NCBI GenBank assembly: GCA_037442485.1
Contig: JBBIQE010000007.1
Location: 1-47,810, forward strand
Source: Candidatus Methylomirabilis sp.
GTDB lineage: Bacteria > Methylomirabilota > Methylomirabilia > Methylomirabilales > 2-02-FULL-66-22
Reading direction: 5' to 3'
Length of the DNA stretch: 47,810 nt
Positions 1 to 8,592 of the stretch are shown in pieces. How positions within the stretch are numbered: the stretch's first letter is position 1; every line of letters begins with the position of its first letter. The notes below the pieces were generated by a model. That model was given only the letters and a program-made list of their open reading frames with translations, did no database searches and had not been told where the DNA came from. A program made the translations under genes and the position numbers.

Positions 1-514
1 CCGCGGCCGGGCGGGCTGGGCGGCGCCGGACGAAGGTCCGGGTGAGGACGCGCCGGACGTTGGTGTCGAGCGCGGGCGCCGGCTCGCCAAAGGCGAAGCT
101 CGCCACCGCGCCCGCGGTGTACCGGCCGACCCCCGGCAGCGCCTGCAACGCTTGCACCTGCCGCGGAAACCGCCCCCCATGTTCGCGCACGATCAGGCGC
201 GCGGCCGCGTGCAGGTGGCGCGCCCGCGCGTAGTAGCCGAGGCCATCCCAGGATTCCCGCACCCGCGCCGGGCGCGCCGCCGCCAGATCCCGGACGGTCG
301 GATACTCCCGCAGGAACCGCCCGTAGTACTCCCGAACCCGCTCGACCTGCGTCTGCTGGAGCATCAGTTCCGAGACCAGGATCCTGTAGGGGTCCCGGGT
401 GCGCCGCCAGGGCAGGTCCCGGCCGTGCGACTGGAACCATCCGAGCAGCCGGTCCTGAAACGCCTTGAGCTTCTCGGGGTCGAGGCGGGGACGGTACTTC
501 CGGCCCTTGTCCAT
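1..514 (-). CDS. mutY: A/G-specific adenine glycosylase (HhH-GPD family), 5' part; runs off the window
   Basis: Not in the ORF track. Minus strand from the ATG at 514 reads MDKGRKYRPRLDPEKLKAFQDRLLGWFQSHGRDLPWRRTRDPYRILVSELMLQQTQV...WDGLGYYARARHLH...LPGVGRYTAGAVASFAFG...LDTNVRRVL, matching the MutY RDLPWR, SExMLQQT, GLGYYxRA, HhH and DxNV motifs. Confidence 0.93.
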   Translation of the reverse strand, partial: MDKGRKYRPRLDPEKLKAFQDRLLGWFQSHGRDLPWRRTRDPYRILVSELMLQQTQVERVREYYGRFLREYPTVRDLAAARPARVRESWDGLGYYARARHLHAAARLIVREHGGRFPRQVQALQALPGVGRYTAGAVASFAFGEPAPALDTNVRRVLTRTFVRRRPARPAA

Positions 515-516
515 GC

Positions 517-909
517 TTACCTGATCTCGCCCCTGACCATCCGGGCGATCAGCCGGCGATCCGCCTCGAGGAAGTCGTAGCACGAAAGGTCGGTCATCTT
601 CACCCACTCGATCCGCGCGAAGGCGCGATTCGTCAGCCTTCCGGTGTATCCGGAAATCCGGAAGAACAGCAGGCGGACGGCGAGGCCGTCGGCGTAGCGG
701 TGCTCCGTCCGGTACACCTCCTGCCCCACCTCCGCCTGGATGGCCAGCTCTTCCCTGAGCTCGCGGCGCAGGCACGCCTCGGGCGACTCGCCCGGCTCCA
801 CCTTGCCGCCTGGCAACTCCCACTTCAGGGGGAACCGCGCCGTGGCGGGGCGCTGGCAAACCAGGACCCGGTCCCCCTCGGTCAGAAGGCCGGCCGTGAC
901 CGTGATCAT
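517..909 (-). CDS. mutT: NUDIX hydrolase, MutT/NudG-like (d)NTP pyrophosphohydrolase
   Basis: Nudix box WELPGGKVEPGESPEACLRRELREELAI. The ATG at 909 overlaps the TRAP permease stop (ATGA). Sits next to mutY. Confidence 0.8.
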   Translation of the reverse strand: MITVTAGLLTEGDRVLVCQRPATARFPLKWELPGGKVEPGESPEACLRRELREELAIQAEVGQEVYRTEHRYADGLAVRLLFFRISGYTGRLTNRAFARIEWVKMTDLSCYDFLEADRRLIARMVRGEIR

Positions 910-2765
910 CTGCCCGCCCGATGGAATCGCGCCCAGGCCAGCGTCACCCCGGCCACCGCCAGCCCGACGATTTCCAGGCCCGCCCTGGGGAAGACGAGCA
1001 GCACCGCCGCCGCCATCAGGAGCGCCCGCTGCGCGCGACTCAAGGGGTGCACGAAGAACCCGATGAGCCCCGCGGCCAGGCACACGACCCCGAGCGCCGT
1101 GAGGCCGAAGGCCCGGGCCACCGCCGGCCAACTCCCCTGCAGGAGCAGGGCCGGCTGGTACACGAAGGCGAAGGGGACCAGGAAGCCGGCGATGCCCAGC
1201 CGAAAGGCCTCGATCCCCGTGGCCATCATCTCCGAGCCAGCCAGGTTGGCCGCGGCAAAGGCCGTGATGGCGTCCGGCGGCGTGAGGTCCGAGAGCACGG
1301 CGTAGTAGAAAACGAACAGGTGCGCCGCCAGCACCGCGACCCCCAGCTTCCCCATGGCGGCGGCGCCGATCGTCACCGCGATGACATAGGCCGCCGTCGT
1401 CGGGATCCCGGTGCCGAGCACGCTCACCACCAGAAAGATCAGGATCATGGTGAGGACCAGGCTCTGCCCGGAGACGTCCAGGATCATCCCGCTGAAGGCC
1501 AGGGCCGCCCCCGTCCGGGTGAGGGTCGCCACGATCATCCCCGACCCCGCCAGGGCTGCCGCGATCAGGGCCGCGCTCACCGCGGACTCGAACAGGGCCT
1601 CGCGGATCTTCTCCCAGCCCATGCGGGTCTTGCCGTCCAGGAAGCTCAGGCCGAAGGTGATGACGATCACGAAGAAGGCCGCCTTGGTGGGCGAGTAGCC
1701 CTGGGCCAGGAAGTGCAGGACGAGCAGGAACGGGGCGAAGTAGTAGGCTCGGCGCAGCATGGGACGCCAGGAGGGCAGCTCCGCCCTCGGCGTCGGCGGC
1801 ATCCCCGAACTGAGCGCGATGAAGTGCACCATGCTGAAGACGCCGATGTAATAGAGGATGGCCGGGATGGCCGCGGCCTTGATGATCTGGAAGTAGGGGA
1901 CGCCCGTCACCTCGGCCATGATGAAGGCCCCGGCCCCCATGATGGGCGGCATGATCTGCCCGCCCGTCCCGGCGATGGCCTCGATGGCCGCGGCCTGCTT
2001 GGGCGTGAAGCCGCGTCGCTTCATCAGCGGGATGGTGAAGGAGCCCGTGGCGTACACGTTGGCCACGGTGCTGCCGCTCACGGTCCCGTAGAGGGCGCTG
2101 GCCAGGACAGCGATCTTGGCCGCGCCGCCCCGCGCCCAGCCCGCGGCCCAGACGGCGAAGTCCATCAGGAAATCGCCCACCCCCGCCTTCATCATCACGC
2201 CCGCGAACAGGATGTAGATGAAGAGGATGGTGGCCGAGATGCCCGTGAGGAACCCGAACATCCCCTCATCCCCGGCGAGGTACATGATCTCGACCATGCG
2301 GGGAAACGAGTAGCCCTTGAACTGGAGGATCCCCGGCATGTAGGGGGCGGCCGCCAGGTAGGCCAGGAAGAGGAGGATGGTCGCCGCCATCCAGCGCGAG
2401 AGCGAGCGCCGGCAGGCCTCGATCACCAGGCCGGCGAGGAGGCTGCCCAGCAGCACCTCGACGGGCAGGACGTCATCCACCCCCTGGAAGCGGAAGTTCA
2501 GGCGCTCCGCGTTCCAGACGGTATAGCCGCAGGCCGCGGCCGCCGTGGCGGCGAAGAGGGCGTCCGGGAGGCTGGGGCGGTCCCGGGGAGAGCGTCGCGT
2601 GGCCGGGTAGAGGAGGAAGATCAGCGGCAGCAGCAGGAGCAGGTGCAGGCCCCGCATCAGCCGCGGCTCCAGCGAGCCGTAGCCGGCGGTGTAGAAGTGG
2701 AAGAGCGAGGCGGCGCAGCCATACAGGGTGACCGCCCCCTTGAGCGCCCCCGACAGCCTCCGCAT
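906..2765 (-). CDS. TRAP transporter 4TM/12TM fused permease (TAXI type)
   Basis: 619 aa polytopic protein with motifs GTVSGSTVANV, GSFTIPLMK, GGQIMPPIMGAGAFIMAE, GIPTTAAY and HLFVFYY..SDLTPP; adjacent to a TAXI receptor gene. Confidence 0.93.
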   Translation of the reverse strand: MRRLSGALKGAVTLYGCAASLFHFYTAGYGSLEPRLMRGLHLLLLLPLIFLLYPATRRSPRDRPSLPDALFAATAAAACGYTVWNAERLNFRFQGVDDVLPVEVLLGSLLAGLVIEACRRSLSRWMAATILLFLAYLAAAPYMPGILQFKGYSFPRMVEIMYLAGDEGMFGFLTGISATILFIYILFAGVMMKAGVGDFLMDFAVWAAGWARGGAAKIAVLASALYGTVSGSTVANVYATGSFTIPLMKRRGFTPKQAAAIEAIAGTGGQIMPPIMGAGAFIMAEVTGVPYFQIIKAAAIPAILYYIGVFSMVHFIALSSGMPPTPRAELPSWRPMLRRAYYFAPFLLVLHFLAQGYSPTKAAFFVIVITFGLSFLDGKTRMGWEKIREALFESAVSAALIAAALAGSGMIVATLTRTGAALAFSGMILDVSGQSLVLTMILIFLVVSVLGTGIPTTAAYVIAVTIGAAAMGKLGVAVLAAHLFVFYYAVLSDLTPPDAITAFAAANLAGSEMMATGIEAFRLGIAGFLVPFAFVYQPALLLQGSWPAVARAFGLTALGVVCLAAGLIGFFVHPLSRAQRALLMAAAVLLVFPRAGLEIVGLAVAGVTLAWARFHRAGR

Positions 2766-2936
2766 CAGTCGCCTCGCCCCGCCCTGTTCATGCCAGACAT
2801 CTCAGCACCGGGCCCCCCGGACGCTCGCTCTGGCGTGTTCCGGAGCCGCTGCGTCCTATCAGGGAAGCCCTCGCGGGCTCTGAACGCCAGGGGGCCGGGT
2901 GTCTTGGTGCTCGGGATCCGGATCCCGCTGCATGCG

Positions 2937-2985
2937 AAAACGCCCGCCTCGGGTCCCGCCTGCGGCGGGATCCCAGGGGCGGGCG
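2937..2985 (-). terminator. Long GC hairpin followed by a short U-run; candidate intrinsic terminator or mRNA stabiliser between receptor and permease
   Basis: CGCCCGCCTC-GGGTCCCGCC-TGC-GGCGGGATCCC-A-GGGGCGGGCG at 2941-2985, preceded on + by AAAA (UUUU after the stem on the minus-strand mRNA). Confidence 0.55.
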
Positions 2986-3017
2986 CCCCGGCCCTTCCTC
3001 CCCTGCCCGGCCTTCGC

Positions 3018-4031
3018 TTACTTCAGGTAGCCCTTCTCCCGATAGTACTTCTCGGCCCCGGGATGGAGCGGGATCCCGGTGGCCGTGGGGCCGTAGCTCG
3101 GCTGGTAGGGCTGGAGGCTGGCGTGCAGCTTCCGGAGCCGATCCAGATTCTCGTTGATCGCCTTGGCCAGCGTGTAGGCCACCTCGTCAGGCACGTTCTT
3201 GTTGGCCACGATGACGCTGCCCATGGTGGCCGAGGTGATCTCTTCGTCCGCGTTGGCGGCCTTGGGATACGTCCCCCTGGGGATCTTGCCGCTGCCCAGG
3301 CCGAACTTGGCCAGATACTCCAGGAGGCCCGGCGGGAAGTTCAGCAGGCGCAGCGGCCGGCCGAGGGAGGCCTCGGTCACCGCGGCGCCCGGCAGGGCCA
3401 GGAAAGTGAAGGTGGCGTCCACGTTCCGATCCTTGAAGTTGGCCGCCTGCTCCGAATAGGAGCCCCGGAAGAACTTGAACCCGGCCGCCTCCAGCTCCTT
3501 GTAGTCGGTCCCGTAATAGGCCATGACCTTCCGGAACACCCACTCGTCCGACGTCCCCGTCGGCGAGATGGCAATCCGGATGGCCTTCTTCTGCTTGAAG
3601 ATCTCGTCCATGGTCTTGAACGGGGTCTCGGCCCCCACGTAGAAGTGGAAGGTGTTCACGCTCATCCCGCCCGCGATGGCCCGCAGGTTCTGCATCTTGC
3701 GTCCGCCCTGCGGCGGCTTGTCGTAGGGGTCCTCCCCGTTCCAGGCGGCGTTCAGGACCGGGGGCAGTCCCCACCCCAGCTCGGCATCGCCCTTGTCAAT
3801 CAGCGGGGGATTTTGCGTCCCGCCGCCCGGGATCACCTTGACGTTGATCCCGGTGCTCTCCCGGATCAGCTCTGCGATGCCCCCGGCCATGATGTACCAG
3901 CCGCCGCCCACCGGCCCTGCGGTCCAGGTGAGTGCGACCGGCTTCGCCTGGGCCGCGACCCCGGACACACTCGAGACGATCCCCAGGCCCATGGCGACGA
4001 GTACGACCCCCCAGGTTCGATGCCGCCTCAT
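3018..4031 (-). CDS. TAXI-family TRAP transporter solute-binding protein
   Basis: Signal peptide, then TAGPVGGGWY, GGGTQN, IPRGTY and the C-terminal IPLHPGAEKYYREKG typical of TAXI receptors. GGAGG RBS. Confidence 0.93.
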   Translation of the reverse strand: MRRHRTWGVVLVAMGLGIVSSVSGVAAQAKPVALTWTAGPVGGGWYIMAGGIAELIRESTGINVKVIPGGGTQNPPLIDKGDAELGWGLPPVLNAAWNGEDPYDKPPQGGRKMQNLRAIAGGMSVNTFHFYVGAETPFKTMDEIFKQKKAIRIAISPTGTSDEWVFRKVMAYYGTDYKELEAAGFKFFRGSYSEQAANFKDRNVDATFTFLALPGAAVTEASLGRPLRLLNFPPGLLEYLAKFGLGSGKIPRGTYPKAANADEEITSATMGSVIVANKNVPDEVAYTLAKAINENLDRLRKLHASLQPYQPSYGPTATGIPLHPGAEKYYREKGYLK

Positions 4032-4087
4032 GACTCCCTCCTCCGTGTTCGGGCTCGGCCGCTTCTGCCCTCACGAATCCGCGCCAC

Positions 4088-4116
4088 ACGGTAATCAAAG
4101 GAGCACACCCGGTCAA
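4088..4116 (-). promoter_or_regulatory. sigma70-type promoter of the TAXI-TRAP/mutT/mutY operon
   Basis: Minus strand TTGACC-N17-TACCGT, about 55 nt upstream of the receptor start. Confidence 0.6.
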
Positions 4117-4286
4117 GGGATTTTTCCGCCAGCCGAACGGCCGCGTGGTGGTTCGGTCGGGCGAGCGCCAAAATGCTTGCGCGCCGACCTTTCCCCCTGT
4201 AAACATAGGGGGCCTTCGGCGGCCAGCCCCCCGGCCTGGGGGCCGGCCTGCTGACCGCCGACGGTTCCCACCGGCACGGAGGGCTC

Positions 4287-4877
4287 ATGACCGAACCTGG
4301 ACGGGCGCGAGGATCGTCCGCGGAGGGGACGCACCGGGTGGGGTCGGGCTGGATCGCCCGGGCCATGCTCCTCGCCGCCCTGATCGCCACGGCGGCTTCC
4401 ACTGGAGCCGGGACCGCCTCCGGCGGGATGGGCATGGCCCGCGTCGGAAGCCCTGCGCCGGATTTCACCTTGCGGCTGCTCGACGGAAAGAGCGTCACGC
4501 TCTCCAGCTTCCGGGGCAAACCCGTTCTCGTCAACTTCTGGCACTCGGGGTGACCGCACTGCCAACGGGAGGCTCCCGTTCTGGAGCAGTTGTACCGGAA
4601 GTATCGCGGCAAGGGTTTGGTCTTCCTCAGCGTCAACGTCGCATGGGACAAGGAGGCTCCTGCGAGGAAATTCGTGGAGGACTACCGCCTGTCCCTCCCG
4701 GTGGGGCGCGACGCGGACGGGAAGATCGGCGACCTCTATGGCATCGACGCCACGCCGATCACCCTTTTCATCGGAAAGGACGGCAAGCTCCTGGATCGCC
4801 TGGAGGGCGCCCCGGAGGACGTGAAGGCCGTCGAGGCCGGGCTCGAGCAGCGGATCAACTGGCTGCTGGCAGGCTGA
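4287..4877 (+). CDS. Selenocysteine-containing TlpA/ResA-family thiol-disulfide oxidoreductase (UxxC), exported
   Basis: ORFs 4287-4553 and 4590-4877 are in the same frame. The TGA at 4551-4553 gives [16 protein letters not shown], aligning with [16 protein letters not shown] of the neighbouring paralog. A SECIS-like hairpin follows immediately. N-terminal hydrophobic signal, GGAGG RBS and cis-Pro loop DATP are present. Confidence 0.88.
4554..4590 (+). promoter_or_regulatory. Candidate bacterial SECIS element
   Basis: Upper stem AACGGGA(4564-70)/TCCCGTT(4574-80) with apical GGC; lower stem ACTGC(4558-62)/GCAGT(4586-90). The apical loop is 17 nt after the UGA. Confidence 0.75.
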
Positions 4878-4923
4878 GGCCCGGCGGCCGGGCGGAGAGG
4901 CTCTGGGGCGCGAAAGGACGGCC

Positions 4924-5517
4924 ATGGGAAAGCGCCGGTTGGCCAAGGCACCCTCGGCAAGGGAGAAGCGACAGGAGAAGTCCCGGCGAACCTTCTGGAT
5001 CGTGGGCATCGGGCTGGCGGTGGTGATCGGCGGGCTGATCGGGCTGCTGATCTACCAGAGCCAGCAGCCGCCCGGGGCCCTGGCCGGAAGGCCTGCGCCG
5101 GACTTCACCCTCAGGCTGCTCGACGGGCAGAGCGTCGCGCTCTCCAGCCTGAGGGGCAAGCCGGTGGTGGTGAACTTCTGGGCCTCCACCTGCCCGCACT
5201 GCCAACGGGAGGCTCCCGTTCTGGCGCAGGTGTACGAGAAGTACAAGGACCAGGGCCTGGCGTTTCTCAGCGTCAACGTCGCCTGGGACACCGAGGGCGG
5301 AGCGAAGAAATTCGTGGAGGCCTACCACCTGCCCTTCCCCGTGGGGCGCGACGCCGGCGGGAGGATCGCCGGCCTGTACGCCGTGGACGCCACGCCGACC
5401 ACCTTCTTCATCGGGAAGGACGGAAAGGTCGTGTCCCGGGTGGACGGGGCCCCGGAAGAGGTCGCGGCGATCAGGGCCGGCCTGGAGCAGCGGATCGAAA
5501 AGCTCCTGGCGGGCTGA
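4924..5517 (+). CDS. TlpA/ResA-family thiol-disulfide oxidoreductase (CPHC), membrane-anchored
   Basis: Basic N-terminus plus one TM helix, APDFTL, VNFWASTCPHC and DATP. About 100/141 residues identical (manual count, ungapped) to the upstream Sec paralog. Confidence 0.92.
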   Translation: MGKRRLAKAPSAREKRQEKSRRTFWIVGIGLAVVIGGLIGLLIYQSQQPPGALAGRPAPDFTLRLLDGQSVALSSLRGKPVVVNFWASTCPHCQREAPVLAQVYEKYKDQGLAFLSVNVAWDTEGGAKKFVEAYHLPFPVGRDAGGRIAGLYAVDATPTTFFIGKDGKVVSRVDGAPEEVAAIRAGLEQRIEKLLAG

Positions 5518-5671
5518 CCTCGCGCAGCCCGCCCCGCCTCGGTGGGAGAGCTTGCAAGTCCAGGCCGCCTTCCCCGGTTTGCGGGCGGCCGCACCCTCTC
5601 GTGCAGTCGGTGTGGGGGGTGGCTCGGTCTTTCCGGCAACCGGGAACCCTCCCGTGTTCCCCTCGGGACCG

Positions 5672-5863
5672 CTACCAGAAGATCACCCTGAGCGCCAGGC
5701 GCTGGCCGATCCCGGCGAAGCCTCCCCGGTTGCCGGTGATCCGCCTGGCCCCGGCCTCCCTGGCAGACAGGGCGATCAGGGTGTCGCCTGCCAGGTCCCT
5801 CGGCGTGCCGGGATCGCACCCCTTCCTCGCCCCGAAGCGGGGAAGGACCTCTCTCCCGGACAT
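5672..5863 (-). pseudogene. Degraded C-terminal fragment of a PIN-domain (VapC-like) protein
   Basis: Reads ...RDLAGDTLIALSAREAGARRITGNRGGFAGI..., resembling the PIN C-terminal pattern D-x-L-I-A-x-S-A-x3-G-A-x2-(I/V)-T-x-N-x2-D-F with the last Asp lost. No N-terminal half or antitoxin visible. Confidence 0.5.
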
Positions 5864-5877
5864 TCTCCCCTTGCGCC

Positions 5878-5907
5878 TTGACGCGGGGGACATCCGATCC
5901 GTAGGAT
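5878..5907 (+). promoter_or_regulatory. sigma70-type promoter of the hox operon
   Basis: TTGACG-N18-TAGGAT about 110 nt upstream of hoxF; a CATCC/GGATG inverted repeat overlaps the spacer and -10. Confidence 0.5.
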
Positions 5908-6018
5908 GCGGCCTGGGAGGGGCGTCGAATCGTTGGCGCGGCGTATTCGGCCCGTCAGCGGGGCGCCCGGGACCGGGCGGCTCGCTGTCGGGCCATCCCG
6001 TACCCAGTGAGGCCGCCC

Positions 6019-7836
6019 ATGCTCGCGCTCGCCAGGGACATCCGGGAGATCGGCAGGACCTTCGGCAACGACCCCACCCGTCTGCTGGACATCCTCCGGG
6101 CCGTTCAAGCCAAGTACGGCTGCGTCTCCAGTCGGGCCCTCGACCTCATCGCCAAGACCGTGCAGGTCCCGCGGGTCGAGGTGGAGGGCGTCGTCTCGTT
6201 CTACGCCTTCCTCTCCGTGCAGCCCAAAGGCCAGGTGGTGATCCGCCTCTGCAACGACGTGATTGACGAGATGTTCGGCGCCGAGAAGGTGGCCCAGGCC
6301 TTCATGGAGGAGCTGGGCATCGGCCTCGGCGAGACCACGCCGGACGGCAAGATCACGCTGGAGACGACCCCCTGCATCGGGATGTGCGACCAGGCGCCGG
6401 CCGCCCTGGTGAACGACGTGGTCGTGACGTCCCTGTGGAGCGACAAGGCCCGCGAGATCGTCCGGCTGCTCCGGGAGACCGGCGATCCCCGGCGGCTGGT
6501 GCGGCGCCTCGGCGATGGCAACAACGCCCACCCCCTGGTCCGCGCCATGGTCCACAACAACATCCGGCGCGAGGGACCGGTGGTGCTGGCCCCCCTGACC
6601 CCCGGGGGGCCGCTCCGCAAGGCCCTGGCCATGAGTCCGGTCGAGGTCATCAACGACATCAAGACCTCGCGCCTGCGCGGCCGGGGCGGGGCGGGCTTCC
6701 CCACCGGGATGAAGTGGGAGTTCACCCGGGCCGCCGAGGGCGGAAGGAAGTGCGTCATCTGCAACGCGGACGAGGGCGAGCCGGGCACGTTCAAGGACCG
6801 GGTGATCCTGACGGAGAATCCGGACCTCGTCTTCGAGGGCATGACCATCGCGGGCTATGCCATCGGCGCGGACCTCGGCATCCTCTACCTCCGGGCCGAG
6901 TACGCCTACCTGCGGGCCTTCCTGGAGCAGGTGCTGCAGGCGCGGCGCGACCAGCATCTGCTGGGCCAGGACATCCTGGGCAAGCGGGGCTTCCACTTCG
7001 ATATCCGCATCCAGATGGGGGCGGGCGCTTACGTCTGCGGCGAAGAGACGGCCCTGATCAGCTCCTGCGAGGGGCAGCGCGGGGACCCGAAGAACCGGCC
7101 CCCCTTCCCGGCGCAGCGGGGCTACCTGGGCATGCCCACCACCGTCAACAACGTGGAGACCTTCTGCTGTGCCGCCCGCATCCTGGACAACGGCCCCGGC
7201 TGGTTCGCCGCCATCGGCTCGCGCGGGAGCACCGGGACCAAGCTGCTGAGCGTCTCGGGCGACTGCTCCGGCCCCGGCGTGTACGAGGTGCCCTTCGGGA
7301 TCCCGCTGCGGGAGCTTTTGACCCTCGTCGGCGCCGAGGATGCCCAGGCCGTCCAGGTGGGCGGTCCCTCGGGCCGGATGGTGGGGCCCAGGGACTTCGA
7401 CCGGACCATCTGCTACGACGACCTGGCCACGGGGGGGGCGGTGATGGTCTTCGGCCCGAACCGCAACCTCCTCAAGGTCGTGCTGAAGTTCCTGGACTTC
7501 TTCGTCGAGGAGAGCTGCGGCTACTGCACCCCCTGCCGCGTGGGCACGCGCCTGATGCAGCAGAGGCTGGAGGCCCTCCTGGAGGGCCGGGGCGAGGTCG
7601 GCGACCTGGAGTATTTGCAGGAGCTCGGCGCCACCCTGAAGCTCGCCAGCCGCTGCGGCCTGGGGCAGAGCGCGGCCAACCCGGTGCTCAGCAGCATCCA
7701 GGCCTTCCGCCCCGCCTACGAGGCCCGGCTCCAGGCGCGGCCGCGGGAGATGGGCCGCCCCTCCTTCGACATCCGGGCGGCCCTGCAGGAGGCCGAGCAG
7801 CTCACGGGCCGGCCGTCCGAACTCTTCGCAGGGTGA
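6019..7836 (+). CDS. hoxF: NAD-reducing [NiFe]-hydrogenase diaphorase large subunit (NuoE-like + NuoF-like fusion)
   Basis: N-terminal NuoE-like domain (VVSFYAF, CIGMCDQAPA), then LRGRGGAGFPTG, CNADEGEPGTFKDR, GAGAYVCGEETALISSCEG and ESCGYCTPCRVG...CGLG. ATG 6019 has a GAGG RBS. Confidence 0.93.
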   Translation: MLALARDIREIGRTFGNDPTRLLDILRAVQAKYGCVSSRALDLIAKTVQVPRVEVEGVVSFYAFLSVQPKGQVVIRLCNDVIDEMFGAEKVAQAFMEELGIGLGETTPDGKITLETTPCIGMCDQAPAALVNDVVVTSLWSDKAREIVRLLRETGDPRRLVRRLGDGNNAHPLVRAMVHNNIRREGPVVLAPLTPGGPLRKALAMSPVEVINDIKTSRLRGRGGAGFPTGMKWEFTRAAEGGRKCVICNADEGEPGTFKDRVILTENPDLVFEGMTIAGYAIGADLGILYLRAEYAYLRAFLEQVLQARRDQHLLGQDILGKRGFHFDIRIQMGAGAYVCGEETALISSCEGQRGDPKNRPPFPAQRGYLGMPTTVNNVETFCCAARILDNGPGWFAAIGSRGSTGTKLLSVSGDCSGPGVYEVPFGIPLRELLTLVGAEDAQAVQVGGPSGRMVGPRDFDRTICYDDLATGGAVMVFGPNRNLLKVVLKFLDFFVEESCGYCTPCRVGTRLMQQRLEALLEGRGEVGDLEYLQELGATLKLASRCGLGQSAANPVLSSIQAFRPAYEARLQARPREMGRPSFDIRAALQEAEQLTGRPSELFAG

Positions 7837-7852
7837 GCCGGGGGACGAGAAC

Positions 7853-8575
7853 ATGGGCGACAGCTTCCTCTTCAGCATCGACGGGATCCAGCTCGCGGGG
7901 ACCCCGGGGCAGACGATCCTCCAGGCGGCCGACCAGGCCGGCATCTACATCCCGCGCCTCTGCGCCCACAAGGACCTCGTGCCCTTCGGCGCCTGCCGGG
8001 TCTGCACCGTGATGGTCAATGGCCGCCCCCAGGCGGCCTGCACCACCCCCGCCGCGGCCGGCATGGTGGTGGAGAACGACACCGAGCCGCTCACGAGGCA
8101 CCGCATGAGCCTGGTGGAGATGCTGTTCGTGGAAGGGAACCACTTCTGCATGTTCTGCGAGAAGAGCGGCCACTGCGAGCTGCAGGCCCTGGCCTACCGG
8201 TTCGGCATCCTGGCCCCGCGCCACCCGTACCAGTTCCCGCGGCGGGACCTCGACGCCAGCCACCCCGACGTCCTGATCGACCGCAACCGCTGCATCCTCT
8301 GCGCCCGCTGCGTCCGGGCCTCGCGCGACCTGGACGGCAAGCACGTCTTCCAGTTCGTGGGCCGCGGTGCGCACAAGAAGATCTGGGTGAATGCCGAGGC
8401 GCGTCTCGCCGACACGGACCTCACCCGCGCCGACCGGGCCGTGGACATCTGCCCGGTGGGCGCCATCCTGCGCAAGCGGATCGGCTACCGGGTGCCGGTG
8501 GGCCAGCGCCCCTACGACGTGAAACCCATCGGCTCGGACATCCAGGCCAGGCGACCGGCCGCGCCGGGCCGGTAG
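7853..8575 (+). CDS. hoxU: NAD-reducing hydrogenase diaphorase small Fe-S subunit (NuoG N-terminal-like)
   Basis: IPRLC..GACRVC..AC [2Fe-2S], HFCMFCEKSGHC, CILCARCVRAS and CPVGAI. Confidence 0.92.
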   Translation: MGDSFLFSIDGIQLAGTPGQTILQAADQAGIYIPRLCAHKDLVPFGACRVCTVMVNGRPQAACTTPAAAGMVVENDTEPLTRHRMSLVEMLFVEGNHFCMFCEKSGHCELQALAYRFGILAPRHPYQFPRRDLDASHPDVLIDRNRCILCARCVRASRDLDGKHVFQFVGRGAHKKIWVNAEARLADTDLTRADRAVDICPVGAILRKRIGYRVPVGQRPYDVKPIGSDIQARRPAAPGR

Positions 8576-8592
8576 CGGAGAGGAAGGCCGCC

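Noticed and set aside
921-4094. 1057-aa plus-strand ORF
   Set aside because: Antisense shadow of the TRAP genes; low-complexity Gly/Arg/His translation typical of stop-poor GC-rich DNA.
4287-4553. Treating 4287-4553 and 4590-4877 as two genes or a nonsense pseudogene
   Set aside because: The stop sits exactly at the catalytic Cys position, is followed by a SECIS-like hairpin, and both halves are intact.
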